DNA from: Flectonema sp. DT1601
Taxonomy: Eukaryota
Direction: 5' to 3'
NCBI GenBank assembly: GCA_964019425.1
Contig: OZ025780.1
Span: forward strand, 558,001-622,000
Length of the DNA: 64,000 nt
This document shows positions 21,959 to 34,075 of this stretch, piece by piece. Within the stretch, counting starts at the first letter, position 1. Each line of letters opens with the position of its first letter. The notes beneath the pieces were generated by a model. The model searched no databases and was not told the DNA's origin. It saw only the letters and a list, made by a program, of their open reading frames with translations. The position numbers and the translations under genes were made by a program.

Positions 21959-23187
21959 GAAAATCCCTTTGAATAACTGCTCTTAAATTTATTCTGCGGA
22001 TTCCAACTTCCTCTCCCCTTATCCCCTTTCCCATTCCACTCGTTCTTCAGCTTTTTCTCTGCATCTAACTCGGCTAGCTTCACTGCTTTATCAAACGTCT
22101 TTCCAGACTTCACTAAGCGCTCGATATCATCTGAGCTTATTCTCTTAGTGGTATACTGCCACTTCATGATCAAGTTCTCTAGCGACTTGTTCATGCTCCT
22201 GACAAGGGGCTTTGAAGTGACCCAGTCTATAGTTGATACGCTCATGGCTTTGATGTTGTCTCGCACTACTTCAAATGCTCCCCTTAACTCTCTCAGTTCA
22301 CGGGTTGCTACTTTGCCACTATGTGGTAACCAATATTTATTCTCCAACTTATCGAGTAATCTTTCCGCCCCACCTTGTATCAGTATATTGCGCCACTGCA
22401 ACACATTCGTTGCTTCTGACGCCAGCTCAAATTCGATGCAATCCACATTTTCCGGTGACAATTGGCATTTTACGCCGCCCTTGTTTTTTAACAATTCGTT
22501 TGTTTGTTGTATCTGCAACTGACATAATTGTTGATTTTGCGATAATAGTGCCATCATTTGTTGCATCATACTACTCTCTTGTTGTATTTGTGGCTGGGGT
22601 TGCGCACCATGCATCTGTGGCTGGGGTTGCGCACCATGCATCTGTGGCTGGGGTTGCGCACCATGCATCTGTGGCGATAACAATGACGCCACCTGCGATT
22701 CCAAATTAGTTACCTTTTGGCACATGCCTAACATCTTTTGTTCATTTTCTAGAACTAACCTTTTGGACCACTCATCCCAATACACATCCTTGCTTATCAC
22801 ATGGGCATATTCAAAGCCCGCATGTGGAAAGTCGAATGTTTCGTCCGGCCCCGTGTGTCGATACACACCCCTTAAAAGACTTGTCGAATTTGACAAGGTT
22901 ACCCTCCCCATATTACCCACCATTGACAATAAGCCACAATACCAATTCCAACTTAATTCCCCTTCCTTCCTCATACAATATACTGCTTCTCTTCCAATCA
23001 AGGCCAACGAATTGTTCTTCATCATTTCTTCGGACATTTTGGATTGGGGATCCCAAAACGTCCCTGCTTCCCCGATGGTGGCACGTGGTGATTGTGCTCT
23101 CACCGTCCTCAAATCCTCAAACAGAATTGAATCTAAATCCATCTCAGATTCTACATGCGGAATTTCCACAATTGGTGGTGTAGACAT
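21922..23187 (-). CDS. Gag-like ORF1 of the YR element
   Basis: 421 aa; ATG abuts the 5' repeat; coiled coil, three 27-bp QPQMHGAQP repeats, basic tail. Confidence 0.8.
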   Translation of the reverse strand: MSTPPIVEIPHVESEMDLDSILFEDLRTVRAQSPRATIGEAGTFWDPQSKMSEEMMKNNSLALIGREAVYCMRKEGELSWNWYCGLLSMVGNMGRVTLSNSTSLLRGVYRHTGPDETFDFPHAGFEYAHVISKDVYWDEWSKRLVLENEQKMLGMCQKVTNLESQVASLLSPQMHGAQPQPQMHGAQPQPQMHGAQPQPQIQQESSMMQQMMALLSQNQQLCQLQIQQTNELLKNKGGVKCQLSPENVDCIEFELASEATNVLQWRNILIQGGAERLLDKLENKYWLPHSGKVATRELRELRGAFEVVRDNIKAMSVSTIDWVTSKPLVRSMNKSLENLIMKWQYTTKRISSDDIERLVKSGKTFDKAVKLAELDAEKKLKNEWNGKGDKGRGSWNPQNKFKSSYSKGFSGNVGGAGKGQK

Positions 23188-23632
23188 TCTTTTGTTTTAA
23201 TATAAACAGAAAGAAGAGCAAAATTTGCTAAGGAAAGGAATTAAAATATAAGTTAAAAGTGTACCGATAAACTATAACGTCTCAAACACAGCGCTAACCA
23301 GTGCAACGAGAGCTAATAAATTCGATAAGCCACTGCTGAACCAACATCTTAGGTGCAGAGTGCATTTTAGATAAGGAAGGACATTTTTCATTTTCCGTTC
23401 CGCTAGGACAGAAAAGTAATAAGTATAAATAAATTTTCGACGTACCAGAGCCTGCATAGCCGAGTGGTTATGGTCGTCGACCTTAAATCGCTTACGTAGC
23501 CGTGGTCGGGGGTTCGATTCCTGGTCACGGCAGATTTTTTTGGTATTTTTAACCAGAAAATTTTAAAGTAAAAACAAGTAAGAAAAAGAGCACAAAAGTG
23601 GACTTGGTGATCATTCCCTGAGTAAACTAAGA

Positions 23633-25671
23633 CTCTCCGGAAAAACCTAACAATTGTCTGGGTGGATTTGGCAGATGCTTTCGGCTCAGTCAAACATCAA
23701 TTAATTTTCTTTGCTTTAAAATATTTCGGAATTCACGAAAGAATAATCGGTTTCTATAAAAGGTATTATTCCTCCATGCGCGTCCAAATCAGAGTTGGAG
23801 AAGGCCTGACGCCCACTATCCCTTTTGAAGTTGGTGTCTTTCAAGGCTGCGTTTCCTCCCCAACCCTTTTTAATTTGGTATTCCAACTACTGCTCTTTTC
23901 CTTAGCAGTTCATCAACAGGAAGCCTACGAGTTTAACAATAAATCCCTCCAACTATTAGTTGCAGCTTTTGCTGATGATTTACAACTTACCACGTCATCA
24001 AAGGCGGGGGCAAAATTGCTAATCAAGTCGCTCGAACAGTTTCTTTCCTGGTCTCGTGGTATGAAAGCGAAACCCCAGAAATGCATTGCCCACAGCTTTG
24101 TACAAGGGAAACCAGCTAACCCGGACCTGAAGATTAACAATGTTCCGATTACGAATCTCCAGGAAGCTGGAGAGTTCAAATACCTCGGGCGTTGGTTTGA
24201 GCCGAACGCCAAAGAACAGAAATTACGAGAGCGCCTGACCACTTTTACCAGGAATTTTTTAAAAAAAGTCGACGCCATGCCACTATATGGGTCTCAGAAG
24301 GCTTGGTCTGTCCAACACTTGTTATTGTCAAGGTTAACATGGAGTTTAATGATCCATGACTTATCTCTCCCTTTTGCCAAAAAAATGGACAAAATTATTA
24401 AACCTTTTTTGAAGAAATGGTGGGGATTTGTCCGCTCTGCGAACACAGTCATCCTTTTTACCGGTTCAAAGAACACTGTTGGTCTCAGACACAAAAGAGT
24501 TGAGACGCTATATAAACAAGCGCAATCAATTAAACTAGACATCCTCAGATCCTCACAAGACTCTGACATGCACGGTGTCTACAATGTTATTATGGAGAAA
24601 TCGTCCAACTGGTCGAAAAAGTTTTCAGCTTCTGCTGAGTGGGAGCGCCTTATTAAGTTTTTTTCTTATCGTTCTCTTGCGAAGCAATCAGCTGGTCTTG
24701 GTCACCGATTGCGCGATCTACGTACTACTCGCCCCGATCTCCTTAAGCGTTTTGAAGTGGAAGCCACAGATGAACTACTGAACTCTTTGAATAAATTACA
24801 AGTCCAAGGTCAGTGGAAGGAGTGGTCTAAATGTATGATAAACGACTTCACCTGGAATAAGGTACTTAGGGAGGGAAATCCTGCCTATATCTCATTTCAA
24901 CTGAAAGCGGTTACAAACACCCTCCCCTCACAAGATAATTTAAAGAGGTGGAACATCACCAATGTGGACCAAAATTGTGTTTTGTGTGGCAAAGTGAATC
25001 CTACCCTCAGGCATGTCTTAACAGGCTGTCCTGTCTCTTTAACACAAGGGAGGTTCACGTGGCGTCACGACAGCGTTCTAAAACGCATTGTTATCTTCTT
25101 GGAAGAGTTGATAATAAAAGCCAACAAAAGAAAAGAAAACCTCCCGCCTCCCTCTCAAACTTTTTTAAAAACAGGGGAAAATAAACCCCTAGAAAGAATT
25201 TCTAAAGAGACAGGCGAACTTTCACTAGCGAATGATTGGGTCATCCTCGACGATGTCGGTGATAACCGCCTAATTGTTCTTCTTGAAGTGTGCCATGTCT
25301 CGTCCTCTCTAAGACCAGACATTTTTATTTATTCTTTTTTTGCGAAAAGAGCACTGATTCTGGAGCTGACGTGTCCAAATGAAGATCGTTTCGAAACCTC
25401 TCATGTCTTAAAGGAAAAGAAATACCTAAAGCTAAGAGACTCGATCATCGCTAATGGCTTCGACTGTAACATTTTTACTATTGAAGTTGGCGTACGAGGA
25501 AACATCTGCATGGACCAGCTGAACATCTGGACACGTCACATCGGTTCACCTTTAGCACCAACAAAAGCTTTATTTTGTGAATGCACCAGAATCGCCAGAC
25601 AGTGCTCATATGTTCTGTTCCAGACGAGGAACCTCCCCACGTGGCATTCAAGACCACTAATGCTATGGTAG
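23633..25671 (+). CDS. Non-LTR RT subdomains 3-7, CCHC knuckle and restriction-like endonuclease
   Basis: DLADAFGSV, GVFQGCVSSP, FADD, FKYLG, CVLC..H..C, GRFTWRHD, RPD..ELT, KEKKY. Confidence 0.95.
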
Positions 25672-26158
25672 TCTGTTGATCCTGAGTGATCCCAGCTATA
25701 GTTTTGTTTTTCTTTCTTTTTTTTAGAAGAAGATCAGGACATCCAAGCACTGCTGGATAGTTGCTGAATGCAGGGCCTGCCTGTGGCATTATAATAACAG
25801 GCTAAGTCATTTGTAGTTCATAGTTTACCTTTGATTTTATAACTTCACACAGGGTACTATGAACGATGAGAGATCCAGTGGGATCACTCAGGGTCTAGTA
25901 GAGACCACCAATGTTGTGCGTTGATAGGCAAGGTGACCAAGAATTTCGAAAAGGTGGGAAGTAACGGACTGGGAGCTTTTGGCTCCTTGACATTCTTTCT
26001 TTTCTCTCCTGTTGTGACAAACACAAAATACACACACAGCTTACAGTGTGTTCTTTGTGTATGTTTTCTTCAGGTGTGAGTAGTTTTTCTGTTCTTGCTC
26101 TTCAGGGAGGGCCTTAGCCAAAAGCTAACTGTCCAAATCTCACCTGGTAATTCAACTC
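25666..26158 (+). mobile_element. Family A truncated copy containing a 47-bp family B 3' end (25941-25987, minus)
   Basis: Joins the non-LTR stop codon through TGGTAG microhomology. Confidence 0.88.
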
Positions 26159-26337
26159 AGCATTAAAGAAGAACCTGCCACTGCAAGTTTTATAAAAGAT
26201 GGTAAAGAAATCTTCCCTGTGGAAGAAGTCAAAATCCACAAAGTAACAAAACTGAAAACGATCGAAAAGCTCACCATTGAAAGATCGTGGCTTGAGAAAT
26301 GTTTTATCTGGCAAACTTGTTACGCATCGGCTCTTTC

Positions 26338-28750
26338 GGAAAGCAGTTTAGTACTTCTGGGTGTTTGGCATCACCCCCCATAGTGAGCAAGTACAACAGG
26401 TAGCATTGGTAGTCTGTTGATCCTGAGTGATCCCAGCTACAGTTTTGTTTTTCTTTCTTTTTTTTAGAAGAAGATCAGGACATCCTAGCACTGCTGGATA
26501 GTTGCTGAATGCAGGGCCTGCCTGTGGCATTATAATAACAGGCTAAGTCATTTGTAGTTCATAGTTTACCTTTGATTTTATAACTTCACATAGGTACTAT
26601 GAACGATGAATTTCGAAAAGGTGGGAAGTAACGGACTGGGAGCTTTTGGCTCCTGCCCTATTCCCGATGTAAACTTTCTTTTTATTTTTTTTTTTTTTTT
26701 AACAGGCCCAAAGGGCGACAATGATGGTTGCTGACCAAGGAATAATATTCAAATGAATTTTCGTTTCAAAGAAACGAACAGAATTAAGAGAGAGGTAGAG
26801 AAAAAAAAAAAAAAAAAAAAAGAAAGAATAGAAAAAAAATATGAAGAGGAAATAATCAAACATGAAAAAAAAAAAAAAAATAAAAATAAAAAACGTTGTA
26901 TGAAAAAGGAAAAAAAGAAAAAAAAAAAGACCAGAAAAGGAAAGAGAAAATGAAAAGGTATAATATTATTGTGGGGATATGAGGATAGCAGGGAGATGCT
27001 CTTTTTTTTTTTTTTTTTTTTTAATTGATGAGAGATCCAGTGGGATCACTCAGGGTCTAGTAGAGACCACCAATGTTGTGCGTTGATATGCAAGGTGACC
27101 AACCTTGACATTCTTTCTTTTCTCTCCTGTTGTGACAAACACAAAATACACGCACAGCTTACAGTGTGTTCTTTGTGTATGTTTTCTTCAGGTGTGAGTA
27201 GTTTTTTTGTTCTTGCTCTTCAGGGAGGGCCTTAGCCAAAAGCTAACAGTCCAAATCTCACCTGGTAACTTAACTCATTCTTTGTCAGTTTTGGCATCAA
27301 ACCTGTAATGGTTACATTAACTACCATTTCAACAGGTTATTTACTTAATTATTTGTTCTAAAAGTTGCTAAGTATCTCTCACTTAGAAATTTTTTATTTT
27401 TTTATTTTCAGCTCAATTGAATTTCGATAAAGTGGGAAGTAACGGACTGGGAGCTTTTGGCTCCTGCCCTATTCCCGATGTAAACTTTCTTTTTATTTTT
27501 ATTTTTTTTTAACAGGCCCAAAGGGCTACAAAGTGTTACTACTAAGTGTTTCTCACTTAGATTTTTTTTTTGCTTTTCAGCTCCTTAAAAGCTGCTAAGT
27601 ATTTCTGCTAAGTGTTTCTCACTTAAAATTTTATTTTTATGTTCGTTTTCTATCCCTTCTCCTATCCCTTTTGTTCAAAAAAAGCGGGAGGAAATTCTCT
27701 CATTCACGCTAAGATGCACTCTGAACTTTGATTTTTTGATCTGAGTGTGAGGGAATGACCTGTTAGTGCATTGGGCATAGGCTGTGCTGCAGTTTAGATG
27801 TCTTAGGTGTTAATAGGGGGTTCCTCTTAGCATTTTTCTTTGTTCCCACCTTATGATTTTCTTGAAGAAAAAAAATAGAAGTCATAATGGTGCTTCCCTC
27901 TGGAAGGGTTGTAAGCCATGGTGTCCAACTAAATTAAAGGACAAGTCTGGGATAATCCCTGCCAGAGGGGCGAGTATTCTACCATGGTTGAAATACTCTG
28001 GCAACTGATCTTCAATTTTATGTTGTTTGTTAGCTGCTGGTGTATCTTGATCATGTGTTGATACTTGCATTTTTTTATTTGTAATCTTCTATTACAATTC
28101 TCTTTCTGTTCTGGTCTGTTACTTCATTTGTCTTGTTTAACTTCAGTTATATCCATTTTACTTTTTATTGTTTCCCATCTACTTTTTATTTTCTATTAGT
28201 TCTGGTCAGAAACTCCTGGGCAGCAAGAAGGAAAGCAGTTTAGTACTTCTGGGTGTTTGGCATCACCCCCCATAGTGAGCAAGTACAACAGGTAGCATTG
28301 GTAGTCTGTTGATCCTGAGTGATCCCAGCTACAGTTTTGTTTTTCTTTCTTTTTTTTAGAAGAAGATCAGGACATCCTAGCACTGCTGGATAGTTGCTGA
28401 ATGCAGGGCCTGCCTGTGGCATTATAATAACAGGCTAAGTCATTTGTAGTTCATAGTTTACCTTTGATTTTATAACTTCACATAGGTACTATGAACGATG
28501 AGAGATCCAGTGGGATCACTCAGGGTCTAGTAGAGACCACCAATGTTGTGCGTTGATATGCAAGGTGACCAACCTTGACATTCTTTCTTTTCTCTCCTGT
28601 TGTGACAAACACAAAATACACACACAGCTTACAGTGTGTTCTTTGTGTATGTTTTCTTCAGGTGTGAGTAGTTTTTTTGTTCTTGCTCTTCAGGGAGGGC
28701 CTTAGCCAAAAGCTAACAGTCCAAATCTCACCTGGTAACTTAACTCATTC
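26338..28750 (+). mobile_element. Family A partial tandem with family B inserts (26608-~27022, 27419-27526, both minus)
   Basis: Conserved ends at 27276 and 28746. Confidence 0.88.
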
Positions 28751-30244
28751 ATTCTACTTATTGCCAATGGTTCTTCCTCCCCGGCCCCTTCTGTTTTGTT
28801 AGATGAGGATGAGCTCACTGGACTCTCCTTGTCATTCTCTTCTATTTCTTCCATCTCTTTCCAGACTCCCCCACCTGAACTCATGTCAACGGGATCGCAA
28901 ACACTTCTTACTGATTTTGCTATGGTGATAAGAACTCAATCTGACATGGGTTCTCAAACCCCCTTGTACAAAAAAAAAGAAGGAAAATTAAGGCTGAAAC
29001 TTTCCTTGAAATGCCAGATTTTAGAAAACGAATTAGAGCAAATGAAAGAACGAATTTTTTATGTTCTATTTTTATTTTACTTTAATGCGATGTCAGCCTC
29101 CCTCGAGAAAGACAAGCAGTTACTAAATGGATTACCTGTTGAGATCAAAGCTACCAATCAGGATCCATCCTCACTTCCTCCTGCGCCCCCTGTTTTAATT
29201 ATTGAAAAAGATAGAAAAGAATATGAACTTCTGGAAGGAGTAATTCAACGGTTAACAGCAGAACGCGATGAATCGAAGACTTCTCTTTCTGCACTAGTTC
29301 GACAATATGACTTAGTGGAAGATTACAGGAAACGTGAGCTCGCAAATCTGACTCAGAGAGCAGACCTATCGGAAATGGCGCTCTTTAATTACCATCAAAG
29401 GTTTGTTCTTCTGTCGAACGAATTGGAGACCAAATGTAATGAGGAAAGAGAAAGTAAAATAAGACTTTTCTATACTCAACAGGAGGTCGAGAGTTTGCGT
29501 GCCGCGCGTCCCCGCATGACCCACTTTAGTCAACAAGTTTCCCCCCGAACCCCCGTTTTGTATGAATCTGTTGCTATGATGAAGATAGCAAAGAACTACC
29601 TCTCGCTCTTTACAACTACGAGTAGTCTTTTTACTCCTCTTATTAAACCCCTTATCCCTACCCTTAATTATATCACCCCTCTTTGTCCTCTAGCCTCAAT
29701 TCCTCCGACAATGCCGCGGAGTGAAGCTCTCGACCGCACGCCGACCAAGATTTTACGACAAGAGAGTCACGTTATCTCCGTTAAAGAGAATACACCTATT
29801 GCGAGACAATGGTCCGAGGGTAGGATTGACTTACTCGAGAATTACTGTCGAGCAGTAGATGACTCTCTCGAAACAAACGAGAAAGCGGCAGAGCTCTCAG
29901 AACAACTTTTGGATGCCCAACTTCGCCTCTCGGAGCTGAATCACCAACGGTGTACAACTCACGCAGAGCAGCTTGAGCAATCCATGATGTTAACGGGACT
30001 GGCGAGCGATTTAAATGCTCAACTCGCCTTGGCACGGTCTCAAATTGCGGCCCTGAAGTTCCAATTAGCTTCATGGGCAGAAGGTTTGAGTCCGCCAGAC
30101 ACAGAAGAACATGAGGAAAATGAAACTCCGCCGAGAAAGTCTGAGCGTTCAACTCTGAAAAAACGGACCCCTCCATCAAGATATCGTTACAATCGAAGGA
30201 GATGTTCTGCTGATGACGTTCACGGTGACTCCACCCCCTTGTAA
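28751..30244 (+). CDS. Family B coiled-coil protein of unknown function, 5'-truncated
   Basis: Frame is open back to the element boundary; two heptad-rich segments and a basic tail; no RT or nuclease motifs. Confidence 0.65.
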   Translation: MLLIANGSSSPAPSVLLDEDELTGLSLSFSSISSISFQTPPPELMSTGSQTLLTDFAMVIRTQSDMGSQTPLYKKKEGKLRLKLSLKCQILENELEQMKERIFYVLFLFYFNAMSASLEKDKQLLNGLPVEIKATNQDPSSLPPAPPVLIIEKDRKEYELLEGVIQRLTAERDESKTSLSALVRQYDLVEDYRKRELANLTQRADLSEMALFNYHQRFVLLSNELETKCNEERESKIRLFYTQQEVESLRAARPRMTHFSQQVSPRTPVLYESVAMMKIAKNYLSLFTTTSSLFTPLIKPLIPTLNYITPLCPLASIPPTMPRSEALDRTPTKILRQESHVISVKENTPIARQWSEGRIDLLENYCRAVDDSLETNEKAAELSEQLLDAQLRLSELNHQRCTTHAEQLEQSMMLTGLASDLNAQLALARSQIAALKFQLASWAEGLSPPDTEEHEENETPPRKSERSTLKKRTPPSRYRYNRRRCSADDVHGDSTPL

Positions 30245-33200
30245 TTCTCTTTTTCCTTACTTTCACATCATTTTGTTTATTTAGTTTTTTTAGCTTATTT
30301 ATTATTTATTGTTCGTTTTTGTTTGTATTATTTTATCGATATGTTTATGTCCGTCAGATCATAACGTTAATCAGGTTAATTGTTAATTGTTAATTATAAA
30401 TGGTCTAAACCCCAATCCAAGTTCCCAAGGCTTGGCATAGATTTGAGTGACGCCTTACTGGCCTCCTCATCCTCTATGAGTGGTGAGGGGGCCAGCAATG
30501 GTTTTTTTTTTTTTTTTTTTTCTCTTATTTCTTTTTTTCTTTTTCTTTTACTCTAATATGAAATATTTTTGAACAAAATGTGATTATTAATTTAAAAAAA
30601 AAAAAAAAAATAAATAATGTAAATGAATAATAAAAAAAAAAAAAAAAAAAAATATGCCTTGGGAATACAACCAAAGCCCCAATTAATCGGTCCTTTCTTT
30701 TTCCTTCTTGTCAAGTGATCGCTCCACTCGTCGATCACCAAAACCGATTGTATTTATATCTGTTCTTTTCTCAACGATCGGCTATACCGATCATTTTTTT
30801 AAAATAATTGTTTTCTTCTTCTCGACGATCAGATCAAATTGATCGACCTTTTTTTTTTTTTTTTCCCTTTATTCCTTCCATCCCTCCCGCTCCCCTAATT
30901 TTAAATAAAAACAAGATCAGCTCAGCTTGATCGTTAATCTTTTTTTCTTTTTTAATTTAAACTGATTGTATTTATATCTGTTTATTTTTCTCAACGATCG
31001 GCTATACCGATCAACCTTTAAAATAATTTCTTCTTCTCGACGATCAGATCCAATTGATCAACCTTTTCTTTTTTTTTCCTCTATTCCTTCCATCCCTCCC
31101 GCTCCCCTATTTGTAATAAAAACAAGATCAGCTCAGCTTGATCGTTAATTTTTTTTTCTTTCTTTTTTGTTGGTCCTAGTCAGGACCTTAAACTGACTAA
31201 CCGGTCTTAATTTAAATAAGTGTTAACCTAGTTTCTCTTTTCCTTTTCATTTTCCTTTTAATACTCTCTATCTGGTCTGTTATGTCATATTTCTCAATTA
31301 ATTTTATCATCCATTTTACTTTTCACTGTTTCCCATCTACATTTTATTTTCAAATAGTTACGGTCTGTTAAAAAAAAAAAAAGTTTAAATAAGTTAAATT
31401 GAACATGTTAACTCAATTCCTCAATTCTTCCGTCATGGTCATGACATTCTTTTTCGTTTTTCTAATGCACAAGAGATACCATCACTCATGAGATACCAAC
31501 GCACATACGAGATACCAGCACTCCAGAGATACCGACACGCTAGAGATACCAAGTCACTTGAGATACCTCCTTGTAAATTAATTCCCGGTATTTCAAATTT
31601 GAATTGATAGTGTCAACTCTGCTTGCTGCTCTTGTTCATGTGTTGTCTCCTGAAAGTGATCTTAACTCCTATAAAAAGAAAAAAAAAAAAAAGAAATCAA
31701 AAAAGAAGAATTTTCAAACGAAGTTATAACAACCCCTACCACCCATTATGATCAATTCCGCTTGTTTTTTTTTTTTTTTTTAAAAACAAATAAAACAAAT
31801 AAAAAAAAAAAAAATTATAAAAGATCAAACAATGTTATCATTGTTTTTTTTTATCGATCGACTCTGTCGACTAATTTCTATTTTCCGTTTTTTTTTCTTT
31901 AAAAAATAAATAAAAAGAATTTAAAAAAAAAAAAAAAAAAAAGATTAAACAATGTTATCATTGTTTTTTTATCGATCGACTATGTCGATTACTTTCTATT
32001 TTCCGTCCTGGTCAAGACGCTAAACTGATTGTTTTTTTCAAAATTAATAAAAAAGAATATAAAAAAAAAAATAAAAAAAAAAAAAAAGAATAAACAATGT
32101 TATCATTATTTTTTCTATCGTTCGACTTTGTCGACTAATTTCTATTTTCCGTTTTTTTTCTTTAAAAATAAATAAAAAGAATTTAAAAAACAAAAAAAGA
32201 ATAAACAATGTTATCATTTTTTTTTTTTTTTTTTATCGATCGACTATGTCGATCACTTTCTATTTTCCGTCCTGGTCAAGACGCTAAACTGATTGTTTTT
32301 TTTTTTCAAAATTAAAAAAGAATATAAAAAAAAAAAAATAAAAAAAAAAAAAAGAATAAACAATGTTATCATTGTTTTTTTTATCGATCGACTCTGTCGA
32401 CTAATTTCTATTTTCTTTTTTTTCTTTAAAAAATAAATAAAAAGAATTTAAAAAAAAAAAAAAAAAAGAATAAACAATGTTATCATTGTTTTTTATCGAT
32501 CGACTATGTCGATTACTTTCTATTTTCCGTCCTGGTCAAGACGCTAAACTGATTGTTTTTTTCAAAATTAATAAAAAAGAATATAAAAAAAAAAATAAAA
32601 AAAAAAAAAAAGAATAAACAATGTTATCATTATTTTTTCTATCGTTCGACTTTGTCGACTAATTTCTATTTTCCGTTTTTTTTCTTTAAAAATAAATAAA
32701 AAGAATTTAAAAAACAAAAAAAGAATAAACAATGTTATCATTTTTTTTTTTTTTTTTTATCGATCGACTATGTCGATCACTTTCTATTTTCCGTCCTGGT
32801 CAAGACGCTAAACTGATTGTTTTTTTTTTTCAAAATTAAAAAAGAATATAAAAAAAAAAAAATAAAAAAAAAAAAAAGAATAAACAATGTTATCATTGTT
32901 TTTTTTATCGATCGACTCTGTCGACTAATTTCTATTTTCTTTTTTTTCTTTAAAAAATAAATAAAAAGAATTTAAAAAAAAAAAAAAAAAAGAATAAACA
33001 ATGTTATCATTGTTTTTTATCGATCGACTATGTCGATTACTTTCTATTTTCCGTCCTGGTCAAGACGCTAAACTGATTGTTTTTTTCAAAATTAATAAAA
33101 AAGAATATAAAAAAAAAAATAAAAAAAAAAAAAAAGAATAAACAATGTTATCATTATTTTTTCTATCGTTCGACTTTGTCGACTAATTTCTATTTTCCGT

Positions 33201-34075
33201 TTTTTTTCTTTAAAAATAAATAAAAAGAATTTAAAAAACAAAAAAAGAATAAACAATGTTATCATTTTTTTTTTTTTTTTTTATCGATCGACTATGTCGA
33301 TCACTTTCTATTTTCCGTCCTGGTCAAGACGCTAAACTGATTGTTTTTTTTTTTCAAAATTAAAAAAGAATATAAAAAAAAAAAAATAAAAAAAAAAAAA
33401 AGAATAAACAATGTTATCATTGTTTTTTTTATCGATCGACTCTGTCGACTAATTTCTATTTTCTTTTTTTTCTTTAAAAAATAAATAAAAAGAATTTAAA
33501 AAAAAAAAAAAAAAAGAATAAACAATGTTATCATTGTTTTTTATCGATCGACTATGTCGATTACTTTCTATTTTCCGTCCTGGTCAAGACGCTAAACTGA
33601 TTGTTTTTTTCAAAATTAATAAAAAAGAATATAAAAAAAAATATAAAAAAAAAGATTAAACAATGTTATCATTGTTTTTTTTATCGTTCGACCTTGTCGA
33701 CTAATTTCTATTTTCCGTTTTTTTCTTTAAAAATAAATAAAAAAGAATTTAAAAAAAAAAAAAAAAAAGAATAAACAATGTTATCATTGTTTTTTTATCG
33801 ATCGACTATGTCGATTACTTTCTATTTTCCGTCCTGGTCAAGACGCTAAACTGATTGTTTTTTTCAAAATTAAATAAAAAAGAATATAATAAAAAAAATA
33901 AAAAAAAATAAAAAAAAAATAAAAAAAAAATAAAAAAAAAATAAAAAAAAAATAAAAAAAAAATAAAAAAAAAATAAAAAAAAAATAAAAAAAAAAAGAT
34001 TAAACAATGTTATCATTGTTTTTTTTTATCGTTCGACCTTGTCGACTAATTTCTATTTTTTTTTTTTCTTTAAAT

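Larger units (their letters stand above)
12084..23632 (-). mobile_element. Tyrosine-recombinase retrotransposon, TATE/VIPER-like, with split direct repeats
   Basis: ORF order gag-YR-RT/RNaseH; repeats 23186-23632=12326-12772 and 12773-12995=12084-12306 (A1-ORFs-B1-A2-B2 layout); no TSD; excision restores host GTG AAA G|CT CTC. Confidence 0.92.
5320..25671 (+). mobile_element. RLE-type non-LTR retrotransposon (HERO-like) split into three pieces by insertions
   Basis: Pieces 5320-~6379, 11628-12083 and 23633-25671 rejoin in frame (~1180 aa): Zn fingers, RT, CCHC, PD-(D/E)xK endonuclease. Confidence 0.9.
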
